Source of the DNA: Felis catus
Lineage: Eukaryota
Assembly: GCF_018350175.1 (NCBI RefSeq)
Contig: NC_058369.1
Coordinates: forward strand, 15,006,001-15,070,000
Length of the DNA: 64,000 nucleotides
Reading direction: 5' to 3'
Part shown: positions 12,649 to 25,142 of the stretch, in pieces
How positions within the stretch are numbered: the first letter of the stretch is position 1
Layout of the letters: each line of letters opens with the position of its first letter
The notes under the pieces: generated by a model
What the model was told of the DNA's origin: nothing
The model's input: the letters and a program-made list of their open reading frames with translations, nothing else
Database searches by the model: none
Program-made: the position numbers and the translations under genes

Positions 12649-13487
12649 GCCCAGTGGCCGGTCTCCCCTGTGTCATTAAACACTTTTAGGGGATGCAAAT
12701 CCTCTCTACATTTCTGTTTAAATACCGAAGTACGGCTGGAGCTGGGACAGCCACCCACGGCAACTCAAGGAAATTTCTCTTCCTTCTGGGACTGAAGGAC
12801 AGTGAGGATGCCCACGAGCAGAGCAAGAGCACCACGAAGCCTCTTGTCAAAGCAGGTAAGTGTCAATGCCCTCAAACATGCACACCCTTTTCTGGCTGGA
12901 CAGATCGCAAATCATTCCCATCTTCCAGGGAACAGGCACACGTTTATCTAGTGGTCGGGAGAAGTCAAAAGCCAGCCATCCAACCAGAGAGCGCGAGCTG
13001 TCACTACGTCAGGTGAAAAGAACTGCGTGGTCATACCTCCGACTTCTTAAAAACACAGGACCCCCAAATAAATAATAATAATAAGGCACATCGTCCTTTT
13101 CATCTAGGGGGCTCCGGGGGGAGCAGGGACCTTGGATGGGCTCCTAGGGATCAATATTGTCGCCCTGAAGAGTTCCAAATCCAGATCCAGAGTTCATTAC
13201 GACCTCGTACGGGGTGACTCGCAGCCCTCCCCTCTCCTTACGGCTGGTTTACAACCCAGCCTGGCCTCAGAAGGATACGGACTGGGACGACTGTATCCAG
13301 GTAGGCGTTCATCACTTTCAACGTCCCACTGTCGGAACGAGCCCGCTTGGAAATCAGGGGTTGGTGGCGTCCAGTAAAACCTCCTGCTGTTCCTTCCATA
13401 AAACTCCTCTTTAGGGTTTCTGCTGGAGGCCCCTAAAGGGTGTCTCAGTGCCCCACTTTCAGCAAAAGTCTTTGGGATGGGTCCAGG

Positions 13488-13902
13488 TTACTCCCCAGGC
13501 TCCGTGGGCTCATGGGTGTCCAGCAAGGGAATGTCTGTGTTCCCATTGTTGGGGTGGGAGAAGGTATATGGTTCACTCTCAGACTCAGCAGGGAAGCTGG
13601 GGGATGGCTCGTCTACGGTCAGCTTTGCAGTCGGGGCCCTGGAGCCTGTGAGGGGTGGGGAGGGAGGGCAGTCCCCCGTGGGTCCCTGGAACGGCCGGTA
13701 GGTATCCACCTGTGGCTGCAGGAAGGAGACGTTGGAATCTTGCAACAGATGGCCGTACACCATGGTGTCATCGATGACTGCATACACGTGGGAGTCACTG
13801 TCCTTTCGTCCCTTCTGAAACTTTTTTGGCTGCATCGGCATCTGGGTGTTGATGTTGCCGTTGTAGATGCCTACAGATGGGCCTTTGCTTGTCTTCTTTT
13901 TC
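13488..13902 (-). CDS. CDCP1: CDCP1 terminal coding exon 9 (415 coding nt incl. TAA), cytoplasmic tail: (K)KKKTSKGPSVGIYNGNINTQMPMQPKKFQKGRKDSDSHVYAVIDDTMVYG...EPTEPGE*
   Basis: Acceptor ttctgccggtag|G; stop TAA at 13488-13490; overlaps ORF 13488..13841. Five Tyr motifs (GIYN, HVYAVI, MVYG, DTYRP, EPYTF) are equivalent to human Y707/Y734/Y743/Y762/Y806. Confidence 0.97.
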
Positions 13903-16354
13903 CTACCGGCAGAAAGGGAACAGGGCAGGAAGGAAACGACTTTAGCTGTGTTCCATTTGTAGAGCCCCTACCGGAACTCGGGCACTTTGGGGTTCCCACA
14001 CGTCTCCCCCAAGTCTCCCAAATCCCTCGGTCCTTGAAGTGGAAACTCCTGTCCTTAGAATTTAGAGGGGACCAGCTTCCGGGGCGCCTGGGTGGCTCAG
14101 TCGGTTAAGCATCTGACTCTTGATATCGGCTCAGGTCATGATCTCACGGTCTGTGAGATCGAGCCCCGCATCGGGCTCTGTGCTAACAGTGTGGAGCCCA
14201 CTTGGGATTCTGTCTTCACCTCTCTCTGCCCCTCCCCCTGCTCACATGCTCTCTCTCTCAAAATACATAAACACTAAAAAAACAAAAAAGGGGACCAGCT
14301 TTTGTCTCCAGTGTTCACAGTGGAAACAGGGTGGTGGAGACAGTGCCCGTTTTAACACTGTCTGCGCTTGGATGTGCTTCGGCGAATGCGCAGTAGCCCG
14401 GGGTGGAAACATCTGACAACCAGCTCCCCTCCTACGAGAAAGGGCCGTGCCCCACCCCGACCACATCAGGTGCGGTCATGCCCAGGCCAACCCTCTACGA
14501 CTCAGTCCTTCCCGTAGCTTAAGGCTTCACCCCTCCTTTGCACGGGTAGATCTCTGACCGTCTGCATTCTCAGGGATAGGACATAGGAGACTCAGGATGG
14601 AAGGCTGTATCCTAGTTTTTAGCTGGAGCCGGGGACAATGGAAGTCAGTATTAGCAGAGGGATCCAGCCCCTTCCTTATGCAGGAAGCTGCATAAGGAGA
14701 AAGAGCTCAAAAGAAAACAGCATTTAGGCCGGGACGCCAGAGTTCCTCGGTAACACCATTAACCTTTGGTTTGTAATGTTCTTTGGTCCTTGGGCGTGGA
14801 CGGGCATTAGCACTCGCCGCCACGGAAAACAAAGCTTCGCCCTCCATCGCCACGAGCCAAAAGCAGGGGACGCTGGCTTTTTAGCTGACCAGTGGTTGAA
14901 ATGGAGGACATTAGCCCAATTAACATAATGGACCGTATAACGCACAGGCTGGCGGCTCACTAACTGTGGACAGGCTCTCTGTCCTTTTCTGAGATAAAAA
15001 AAATAATCTAGTACATTTAGCTTGTAACACCGCGTGTCTGGCTGGCTGGACTGATGGGTTCCGAAGGCTCCAGCCTGAAGCCCTGAGACGGACGCCCCTC
15101 ATTCGTGCTTCGCAGAGCCTCGATGCTCTCCACGAACACTCTTTTCAGGCAGTTCTGAAGCTGGTCCTTCATTTCGTCCCTCTGCCCCCACACCGGGCGG
15201 TGGGAGAGACTCTGTCCTGCTCACTGTTGCATCCCCAGCACCGTGCACGGTCCCCAACGTCCAGGAGGCCGTCATTCTCACTGCAGAACCTCCCTGCCCT
15301 CCTACAGCTGGTGGCCTCCCCCACCGCAAGGCCAGGGCTGGCGATTCTCAGGCCAGAAGCTGGACCCTCTCGTCGCCCGGTTCCCTCCTGATGGGCAGGG
15401 GCCCAGTGTTAACACGGAGCTTTCTGGTCTGGGTGGAAGAGACTGCACCCCAGACAAGGAAGCTTCCTAGAGAAACCATAAATCGATGATTCACAAAAAG
15501 AAGTCCTTTCTCCCCGTGCGATATATATACAATCCCATCTCATGGAGAAGAGGTGTTTCCCCATATCGGCCGTGGGCAGCCCCCTCCTCATCAGCAGAGA
15601 CATTTCTGGACAGTCTCACTGTTGGGCAGGAATTTCGGTTGTGTGCTCATGGCCCCAGTTAATAAAAAAAAATTTCGTTTTGGCTTGTTGGAAGGTTGAG
15701 TCGTGCTAAGGAAAGCAATTTTCCCCCCTTCCTCACGGCTTTTGTCAGAAATACGAGCAGAACTGATCAAATCTGGTAGCAGCGTATATTAGGTCTAAAA
15801 AGGTCAACGCTTCCCTTTGGTGAAACAGCAGCCGTCACCCTGAGGGGGAGGGAGGGGAGACTGAGTCAGATAACTGGGTCTTCCTTCCTCTCGCCCACAG
15901 GGCTAGCTTTTTGGTGCCTGTCTGGAGTCCAATAAACAGACATAAAATAGTTTAAGAAACCGGAGGAGAACACGCCGGGGGGGGGGGGGCAGCGTACGTT
16001 TGCTCTCAAGGGGACAGAGGACACAGGCTCAGAGGCCCGGTCTGGTGGGGCCGACGTGATGGTTTTCCTGCTAAGGTCACCCCGGTGATGGCCACCGTGT
16101 GATGAGCAGACAGTACATGATTCACAGCTGACTTGTGCTGAGGCAGCTGTGTAAAAAACTGCAGGCCAAAGTGTCACCAGCTGTGTTTTCTGTTTTTTTC
16201 CGCCCCGTCCCCTCCAAACAACATTATCTAACACCGATCCTCAGGAGAGAAACCGGGAGTAAGGAAAGAAATCCGTAATTCACGACAGCTCTGGTCTGTG
16301 GGATCTAAGGAGGCGTCAGGGCAGCTGAAGACAGTTTTGAGAAATTCCACCTAC

Positions 16355-16442
16355 TTCTTTCTCACGAAGCAAATGATGAGTCCGAGGGCAAACAGCAGCA
16401 AGGCGCCACCTCCCACGATCGCCGTGATGATGACAGTCAGGT
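16355..16442 (-). CDS. CDCP1: CDCP1 coding exon 8 (88 nt, phase 1-2), transmembrane helix: (D)LTVIITAIVGGGALLLFALGLIICFVRK
   Basis: Translated by hand (not shown in frame in the ORF track). Acceptor ctgctcacag|AC, donor AA|gtaggt; hydrophobic stretch followed by a basic stop-transfer signal. Confidence 0.96.
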
Positions 16443-16689
16443 CTGTGAGCAGAGACACGAGGGAGAGGGATGAGGAGACGCGGGGGCGTCGGGCCGACGA
16501 TCAACCGGAGGAGACAGTCTCCAGAGATGGCCGCCATCCCTTCCTTCCCCCCGCCCCCCATACACACACGCTGCTCCTCACAGTGAGAGGACCCTATTTC
16601 CCCCCTTCTCGACTCTTCTTGACTTGCTGGTTCCGGGGCCTTCTACAGGCCTGGCACCATCTTGCACTTCTTGTCTGAGGGCAAGCCAG

Positions 16690-16986
16690 TCAGACGCCAC
16701 AGAAGAAGTCTGACGATGCTGAGGCCACCATGTTGTGAGGAAGCCCAAGCCAGCCATGTGGAGACTCCGTGAGGAACATACACCAGGGAACCTGGCCGAA
16801 GGTGACTACTAAGGCTCCAGACATCTGTCCCCAGGTGAACCATCCCAGCCAAGAGCAAAGAAGAGCCACGCTGCTGTGTCCTGTCCAAATTCCTGACCCA
16901 CAGGATTGTGGGCAAGCAAAATGGTGTATCATCTCAGCTACTAAATCTCGGGGCTGTTTGTTACACAGTGATAGGTAACTAAAACA
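16690..16986 (+). mobile_element. MaLR LTR fragment (MLT1G/H-like)
   Basis: gccaccatgttgtgaggaagcccaagc...attcctgacccacaggattgtg...gtttgttacacagtgataggtaactaaaaca. Confidence 0.65.
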
Positions 16987-18179
16987 AACTGGGGGCCCTA
17001 CCAGATCCACTCCAAAGGCTATGCTGGGCCTACCCCTGGGTGTATCTACCGGGTCGCCACAGCCTATGTGAGAGAGGAGAGCAGAGGGGTGGAGGGAAAG
17101 CAGGGAGTCAAAAGTCAGCAGTGAAGGTGTTCAGGACAGGGTTGTTTCATCTACGCTATTCCTTTCCTACAGCTGTATAAGAAGAAAGGAAATAAATCAG
17201 ACAGGGAGACCCACGCTGAGCAGGGATTTAGCATTTCTTGCTTGTTTACCAAGAAAACGAAAGGTGAGGTTAAGGGAGAAACAGGAATAAATGGGGCGTC
17301 TGGCGGGCTCGGTCAGAGGAGTGTGCAGCTCTGGATCTTGGGGTCGTGAGTTTGAGCCCCCCATTGGGTGTAGAGATGGCTTAAATAAATAAACTTAAAA
17401 AAAAAGAAAGAGAGAAATAGAAGTTAATGACAGAAAATGAATGTGAGAGAGTCAGCAAACCCGGGAGCTGAGCTGAGAGTATGACAGAGCTTCTCACTCG
17501 TGGTTTTTGGTTCCCCCCAGTTCTCCTGCTGCTGATCAGCCGTGTGGCTTGGGCAGACACGCAGTCTCTCTGACCTCCAGAGAGGGAAGGAAGGGGCCGG
17601 GAGAAACCACCTCCACGGTCCCTTCTGGTTCCAACACTCTGTGGTCTCGGTGACTATCTTGGAATAAAGGCAAACGTGGCCCCATCACGGTGGCCGTGCC
17701 GCACATGCGTTTCCTCGCTGGGAACCCTTCATTAGATTCTGCAACTCTGAGCACGAGACCTGCCCCCAGGGGCATTTTCCAGGGCTTCACCGGACTTGGA
17801 AAAAAATGCCAACACCAAACATCTGTGTCGCACTTTCCAGGTCCCCGCATGTGAATCCCCAGCGTGAAATTCCCACTGATATTTCTCTGAGGTAGTTATT
17901 ACCATCCACCCTCTACAGACCAGGAAGGTCAGGGGAGTGAAGAAATTTCCCCAGTTGTCAGAGAGAGATTAATGGTAAATGACCGTGACAGACGGACAAT
18001 AAAAACGTACTAGTTCTCCCCACTCCCTGAACGATGCTATGTGACCCTTGCGGCTCCTCCCACCGAGAAGTGGAGTCGTTTGGTCCACCCCTTGACTTTG
18101 GGCAGGGCAAAAGAATTCCAGGAGGGATGGTGTATGAGTTCCTAACCCAAGCATCAAGAGACCTTGTAGGCTTCCCCCA

Positions 18180-18507
18180 GACTCTCTTGGATCTCTCTGC
18201 TTCTGCCGTGAGAACAAGGCCCAGGCTGGAGTGAAAGGGACAGTGGGGAGGAGAGCCGAGGAACCCAAGCGTCCCAGCTAATTGCGGCTGGGCCCCAGAC
18301 TTGTGAGAGTGTGCGGCCAAGCTCGGCAAAGTCCTCTAGCTCCGTGCAGCTGCCCACGGGTGCATGAGTGAGTGAACCCGGATAAGCCCAGCTCAGACCA
18401 GAACCGCCCAGCCAACGTGTGAGCAATAACAAACGGCTGTTTTTAAGCCGCTGAGTGCCGGGGCCGTTTGTTACACAGCACTGCTGATGCAAAAGCTGAC
18501 AGAGACA
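18180..18507 (+). mobile_element. MaLR LTR fragment (MLT1J/K-like)
   Basis: Ends with gtttttaagccgctgagtgccggggccgtttgttacacagca...aaagctgacagagaca, the typical MLT1 3' terminus. Confidence 0.6.
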
Positions 18508-18622
18508 TGGACAGCCAGCTCTCAAATCTATGTCTTCTGACTCCCTCCCAGGCTTGCCCCCCAGGCTTCGGCTGCCCATCTGCCGTCCACCGCCACCCGC
18601 ACAAGACCTTGCAGGCCCTTAC

Positions 18623-18988
18623 CCATAGTCCTTGGGGTAAGCAACACCCAGAAGAACAGGTCCAGCTGCTTGCCACTCACAGGGCTGCAGTTGGAGATGT
18701 TGACCCAGAAGCTGTGGTGGTGGAAACTTGGCTTGGGGAGGACCTCGTCCTCCAGGCTGAAGATCTCCTCGGCCTTGGTCCGCTGCTCCTGGATGATCAT
18801 GAATGCACGCCCCGTCTGGCAGACCACGCCGGTCCGCTCCTTGAGGAAGGTCAGGCAGGCCACCTGGCCGCTGGGCACACTGATGTTCCAGGACACTGAG
18901 GTGAGCGACGGCAGGCCCCGGTCCCAGTTAGGGCTCCTCAGGTAGACCTTGCTTTTTGTGTCTGGGGTCACCGTGAAAACGCCTTCCT
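18623..18988 (-). CDS. CDCP1: CDCP1 coding exon 7 (366 nt, phase 1-1): (E)EGVFTVTPDTKSKVYLRSPNWDRG...FFWVLLTPRTM
   Basis: Acceptor tttcctgcag|AG, donor G|gtaagg; lies within ORF 18528..19013. Confidence 0.97.
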
Positions 18989-19126
18989 CTGCAGGAAAGG
19001 GGAGAGAATCCACACAGATGTGTCACTGAACCCAAATAGAGGGGAAAACGACGGAGGAGAGGACGTTCAAGTGCCTGGACTAGCGTCGTCCAACAGAGCT
19101 TTCTGCGGTGACGTTAAAGTTTCTCA

Positions 19127-19786
19127 CAGGCTCGCCTCATTTTGCTATACTTTGCGGATCCTGCGTTTTTTACAGATTGAAAAACGTGGCAACCCTGCGT
19201 CCAGCAAATCTGTGGCGCCATTTTTCCAACAGCACGTGCTCACTCTGTGTCTCTGTGTCACACTTTGGTGATTCCCGCGATGTTTCAAACTTTTTCATTA
19301 TTGCGTTTGTTACAGCGGTCTTGTGATCAGCGATTACAACTTGCGGGAAGCTCAGACGACGGTTAGCATTTTTTAAAATGTTTTTTTTAATGTTTATTTA
19401 CGTTTGAAAGAGATAGAGACAGAGTGCGAGCTGGGGAGGGGCAGAGAGAGAGGGAGACACAGAATCGGAAGCAGGCTCCAGGCTCCGAGCTGTCAGCACA
19501 GAGCCCGACACGGAGCTCGAACTCACGAACTGTGAGATCGTGACCTGAGCCGAAGTCGGGTGCTTAACCGAGTAAGCCACCCAGGCGCCCCAATGGTTAG
19601 CATTTTTTAAGCAATAACTTTTTTTGTTTTTTTTTTTTTTTTTGCTTACAAAAATCTTATTTTTATTTATCTTAGACTACAGTATGGTGTAAATATAACT
19701 TTTACATGCGCCGGGAAACCAAACTCATTTCACTTGCTTTATCGCAGTCGACTGGAACCGAACCTACAATATTTCCTGGGTGCCTC
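19127..19786 (+). mobile_element. Non-autonomous, internally deleted Tigger1 DNA transposon, interrupted by a CanSINE
   Basis: 5' end cagg...tttttacagattgaaaaacgtggcaaccctgcgtccagcaaatctgtggcgccatttttccaacagcacgtgctcac and 3' end tagactacagtatggtgtaaatataacttttacatgc...ctggaaccgaacctacaatatttcctgggtgcctc|ta match Tigger1 ends as recalled. Confidence 0.8.
19377..19591 (-). mobile_element. CanSINE nested in the Tigger element
   Basis: TSD ggttagcattttttaa at 19361-19376 and 19595-19610. Confidence 0.93.
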
Positions 19787-21361
19787 TATCTACACCATCC
19801 GGGGGCAGAGCCACAGCCATGGGCATTGTGGACAGCCTGAAAAGTGCTTGATGTGACAGGACCTACATTTTTAATTTTGTTATTAATTTAAATATAAATT
19901 GCCACACATGGCCAGCGAGTATTGGTCAGCACAAGGTTAGAGTCTCAGGTCAGGTGCTCAGATCTTGAACAAAACCAACCAACCAACCAACCAAACAACA
20001 AAAAAGAGGCTCCTTTGCCAAACCGCCGGTTGTCTCTGGAAGCTTCCTTTCAGAAACGCCCTCCAGCTAACTAACGTCCACCCGATGCGCTGCTCCCAGC
20101 AGGACTGGTGAACAGCGATTTCTGTTTCAGAGACGAAAACGCTTCAGGTTCGGGGGTGCCTGGGTGGTTAAGCGTCCAACTTTGGCTCAGGTCGCGATAT
20201 CATGGTTCGAGCCCCGCGTCGGGCTCTGTGCTGACAGCTCAGAGCCCGGAGCCTGCTTGGGATTCTGTGTCTCCCTCGCTCTCTCCCCCTCCCTCGCCTG
20301 TGCCCTCTCTGTCTCTCTCAAAAATACATAAATAAACATTAAAAGAAAAACCCACTTGGGGTTCTGGGAAGAATGGGAGAATTGCAAAGCTGAAGAGCCT
20401 CCGACACATAACTGGATTCATTCTTGGCCTTCACGTGAGATAAAACCCCAGCATTCACACTGCACGGAGTATGTCTTGTTTTCAAAGAGCCCCCAGAAGG
20501 GGTTTCTCGGGTAGTCTTGGAGAGATCTGGCAGCCTGGGCTGACCTTAATCTTTTTTTTTTTTTTTTAATTTTTAAATTTTTTTTTTCAACGTTTATTTA
20601 TTTTTGGGACAGAGAGAGACAGAGCATGAGCAGGGGAGGGGCAGAGAGAGAGGGAGACACAGAGTCTGAAACAGGCTCCGGGCTCTGAGCTGTCAGCACG
20701 GAGCCCAATGTGGGGCTCGAACTTGCAGACCAGGACCTGAGCCAAAGTCGGATGCTTAGCCAACTCTGGATAAGCCACTTAAGCCACTCAGGTGCCCTAA
20801 GGCTGACCTTAATCTTATGGCCAAAGATTCTTCTCCCTCCCCACTCAGGCCTCTGGGAACAAAGTACTAAGTGAACTTCAGATAAAAGTCTTGGTTGGGG
20901 CGCCCGAGTGGTTCAGTTGGTTAAGTGTCCATCTGCCTCTTGATCTTGGCTCAGGTCGTGATCTCAAGGTTCAGGAGATTGAGCCTTCCAAGTGCAGAGC
21001 CTGCTTGGGATTCTCTCCCTTTCTCTCTGCCCCTCCCCTGCCTGCACTCTCTCCCTCTCTCTCTCAAAATAAATAAACTTTCAGACTTGAACCTGATGGT
21101 TTGTTCTTCTGCCCGCCACCCGTCACCTCCCACCGTCAGAGACTTATTTCTACCTCCCGGAATTTTCTACACGAGGCTAACGGTAGAGTCAGGAGGAGGG
21201 CTCCCCAGTCTGTCACATTTCTTGCGCCAGGACCTGGCCACTCAGCTGCCCCTTCCCTTCGAGTTGACAACTTAATGAAGGCGATCGCCCACCCGACGGA
21301 AGAGGGATGCCCAGACCAGCAAGGGGCAGGGAGACGGGGACACAGAGGGAGACGTCCTCAC

Positions 21362-21742
21362 CTTTGAAGTAGGGGATAAAGGACACGGTCAGGCCCTGCC
21401 TGGAGGCCTCTTGTTGGAAGCTGGGGGCGAAGGTGCGGAGGGTCACGGAGACGTTCTGCTTCACCTGGATCTGCTGGATGGAGCCTCCGGGGCAGAAGGA
21501 GCCGAAGTAGAGGTCCTGGCCGGGGACCGTGCTGGCCACCAGGTAGCTGTAGCTGGTGTTGCAGACCTTCTCGGGCGTGTGTTGCTGCAGCTTCTGGGCC
21601 GGCACCAATGCCAGGCTGAGCCTGTCCTTGGGCACCAGCAGTTTCCAGGAGAAGTCGTGCAGTTGCACGGGCAGCTGGAGGATGTCCCTGGGCACCTGGA
21701 GGGAGTAGGGCCTCCTGGGGCAGTACCGGTGGTCCATGCAGC
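21362..21742 (-). CDS. CDCP1: CDCP1 coding exon 6 (381 nt, phase 1-1): (S)CMDHRYCPRRPYSLQVP...GLTVSFIPYFK
   Basis: Acceptor ctcttccag|GC, donor G|gtgagg; lies within ORF 21213..21794. Confidence 0.97.
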
Positions 21743-22970
21743 CTGGAAGAGAAGAGCTGGTGGCACCAGGCAGGGAGGAGACCAGCAGGTGCACCCTGCC
21801 CTGCCTTCAAGGCCGCCCAGGCCCTCTTGCTTTTCCCTTTGGTCTCTCCTCTCGTGCTCTGTCCTCCACCCCTGGCTCCCTGATGCTCCTGTTCCAGCTG
21901 CCCCTCTCGCCCCCTCACGTTCTTTTTAACATTCTTTTTAATGTTTATTTTTGAGAGAGAGAGCAGGGGAGGGGCAGAGAGAGAGGGAGACACAGAGTCC
22001 GAAGCAGGCTCCGGGCTCTGAGCTGTCGCCACAGAGCCCGACGTGGGGCTCGAACTCGTGAACCACGAGATCGCGACCCGAGCTGAAGTTGGACGCTTAA
22101 GCGACTGAGCCACCCAGGCGCCCCAGATTCTTACTCTTCCCTAAACCGGCAGACCCACTTCTGGGGAGTATTTGGGGCGGAAATGTTCTGTTCTTGTTTG
22201 CCAGCGTCTCTTTTGTGGATCTGAGTCTCAGATGCTAAGTATGGGCAGGGCATATAGGTTCTCCCTCCACCCAGACCTTCGTCCCAGCGTCCATGACCGT
22301 GGGCAGGTAGTTTTGTGCAGTGGTCAGAGCAGGGCTGGAACTGGGGAGACGTTAGCCCGCGTCCCAGCTCAGCCGCCACCTAGTGGGCAGGCTGCTTTGC
22401 GTCCTGTGGCCTCGGCTGCTGCCTCTGCGGAAACTCGGAGAGCATCCACGTCGAAGGTCACGGTGGCCCAGCGGGGGGAGGGGACTATGTGTTTCGCTGC
22501 CCTCCAACCGTCAAACATTTATTAGGTGACTAATACGTGTGCGGCACCACCAGGGGCTCAAGGGACCGAAACAACGGAATAAGCCACAGTTCTTGACCTC
22601 CAGACGCTCGGTCTCACGCGAGGGGTGCTAAGTGCACCGTGAGCGTGGAGGTGGGGACATGGGGGTGGGAGAGGCTGGGGAAGGCTACACAGAGGAGAGG
22701 ATCTCACGAGGGATTCTGGAAGGCTGGGCAGAGGAGACAAGCAGGGACGTGGGGACGTAGTGTACTTCTGAAGGACACCGATGCAGCAGAGGCTCTGGTC
22801 CGAGAGGGGCACATCTCTACCTCTCCTGGTCGCCCCTGCCTATTCTGTACTGCAGGGGACATTTCTGATCAGACTGTCTATAGCCTACCCAGTGGACCCC
22901 AGGGAGAAGATGGGGAGGGGCAGGGAGAGCCACCCACGGCCCCAGAGGAGCGCCAACCAAGGGGACGTAC

Positions 22971-23192
22971 TTATGGTCTTCTCGGCGTTCACCCACAGGC
23001 GACTCAGGTCATCACAAAGGAAGGAGATCTTGTGTTTGGAGCCGGAGGTCAGGGTGAGGTTGGTGCTACAGGTCCGAGACTCCAGACACACGAAGCAGCC
23101 GGGGACAAACCTGCGGCTGAACTTGACGGGCCGCGGCTCGATGGTGAGCGACATGGCTTGCTCGTTGCTCAAGTCGACCACGTAGATTTTAT
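22971..23192 (-). CDS. CDCP1: CDCP1 coding exon 5 (222 nt, phase 1-1): (N)KIYVVDLSNEQAMSLTIEPRPVKFSRRFVPGCF...WVNAEKTI; contains the ectodomain cleavage loop
   Basis: Acceptor gcggtttcag|AT, donor A|gtacgt; lies within ORF 22885..23226. Confidence 0.97.
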
Positions 23193-23853
23193 CTGAAACC
23201 GCAAAGAGAAAACAGGTCTGAGGCACGGGTCAGCGGCCACCCGGCGGACAGGGCAAAAATTAGCACCAAACCTCTCCTGGCCGGGAAGCATTGGAAACAC
23301 GTTTTATTAAGAGAATACACAAAGGGGCGCCTGGGTGGCTCAGCCGGTCAAGCGTCTGGCTTCGGCTCAGGTCATGATCTCGTGGTTCAGGAGTCTGAGC
23401 CCCGCGTCGGGCTCCACGCTGCGGGTGTGGAGCCTGCTTGGGATTCTCTCTCCCTCTCTCTCTGCCCCACCCCCCCTGTTTTGTGCTCTCTCTCTCTAAA
23501 TAAATAAATAAAATAAACTTAAAAAAAAAAAAGAGAGAGAACATACAAGAACTCCAGGAGAAACTGAAAAAGAAAAACCATGGACTGAGTTTCTACCACT
23601 GCTTAACTGCTGTTACTCCTTCAAGTTCATCCTGGTCCTGGGTCACACGCACGCATATGAACGTTTTCACCTACGGAAGAGTACAGGATACATAAAATTG
23701 TATACTCGGCGTTTCCTTTATTTACTTTACACGGCTTTGATTATGTTTCCAGGTAGTTTTCATATTCACGAATCTTTGAAAATATTCGGTCATTTAGTGG
23801 CTGCTTGATAATGAACAAGTGATATTCGCCATCATTTATTTAAATATTTGCCA

Positions 23854-24070
23854 GGGGCGCCTGGGTGGCGCAGTCGGTTAAGCGTCCGACTTCAGCCAGG
23901 TCACGATCTCGCGGTCCGTGAGTTCGAGCCCCGCGTCAGGCTCTGGGCTGATGGCTCGGAGCCTGGAGCCTGTTTCCGATTCTGTGTCTCCCTCTCTCTC
24001 TGCCCCTCCCCCGTTCATGCTCTGTCTCTCTCTGTCCCAAAAAATAAATAAACGTTGAAAAAAAATTTTT
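23854..24070 (+). mobile_element. Young felid CanSINE (ggcgcagtcggttaag...ttcagccaggtcacg subfamily)
   Basis: Nearly identical to other young copies in the window; TSD tttaaatatttgcc. Confidence 0.95.
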
Positions 24071-25142
24071 TTTTAAATATTTGCCTGCGTAAATATTCTC
24101 TCTTTTTTTTAAAGTTTATTTATTTTGAGAGAGAGAGAGGAGGGAGAAGGGCAGAGAGAGAGAGGGAGGGAGAGAATCCCAGGCAAGCCCCCCCCGCACT
24201 GTCAGTGCAAAGCCCGATGGGGGGCTCGAACCCACGAACTGTGAGATCATGACCTGAGCGGAAATGCTTAACTGACTGAGCCACACAGGCGCCCCTCCTG
24301 TATAAATATTCTCGTGTGTAGTAATTAGCAGCAGTGTGCCATTAGTTCAGGGATAGAAGATTAATAGATATAATATTTCTTCATAGATATTATCATTATT
24401 CATAGATTTTATACCCGTTGATATTATAATGTGGTCTTTAATGAATGCTATTATTTCCAACAAGTGAGAAAAAGATGAACCACTCCTGGCTGGGCCAGGA
24501 GAACAGTGTCTCCCATTAGTAAAAGAATCAAATTAGACTGGTACTTCAAAGCAAAGAGAATATCCTTATAAATGTGGAACAAACACAAATTATAAAAGAA
24601 AAAAGAAACATCTAGGGGTGCCTGGGTGGCTCAGTCAGTTAAGCGCCCAACTTCCGTGATCTCACGGCTCGTGAGTCGCAGCCCCGCATCGGGTGCCGAG
24701 CTGCCTGCTTGGGAGTCTCTCTCTCTCTGCGCCCTGCCCCCCTTTCTCTCTCTCAGAATAAATAATAAATAAACTTAAAAAAAAGTCAGCACATCAATCT
24801 TTTATTCAAGCTCCCTGTGTTCAGTTTAGGACCTCCCTATTCATGCAAATAGGATCTCTGGTTCAAAACCTTCCCTTTACCAGGGAAGAAATTCCTATCT
24901 TCTGTTGGTCTGGGGCAGGAGTGGCTACTCCAGCTTTTAGCCCTAGTTCTGGAGGTAACTTGCTGCCAACTCCTGGGCCTTTGAAAGTTTCTTCTGGAAG
25001 TTTCCCCACTGTGGGATTAGATTCTGCACTTTCGGGTCTGCTGAATCAGTTACCTGTCTACATCTCACTTTGGGAAATGTGAGCATATTGTTTCCTTTCC
25101 ATTTGTCATTTCCCTTGGGATTTATGCTTTTAGAAATGTTTA

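Larger units (their letters stand above)
10565..13487 (-). other. CDCP1: Probable CDCP1 3' UTR (~2.9 kb)
   Basis: CanSINE-free stretch between the stop codon and a minus-strand AATAAA with a GU-rich downstream element; cleavage site approximate. Confidence 0.7.
19081..19935 (+). mobile_element. MER3-like hAT-Charlie MITE split by the Tigger element
   Basis: Left part gtccaacagagctttctgcggtgacg; right part ttttaattttgttattaatttaaatataaattgccacacatggccagcgagtattggtcagcaca. Confidence 0.65.
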
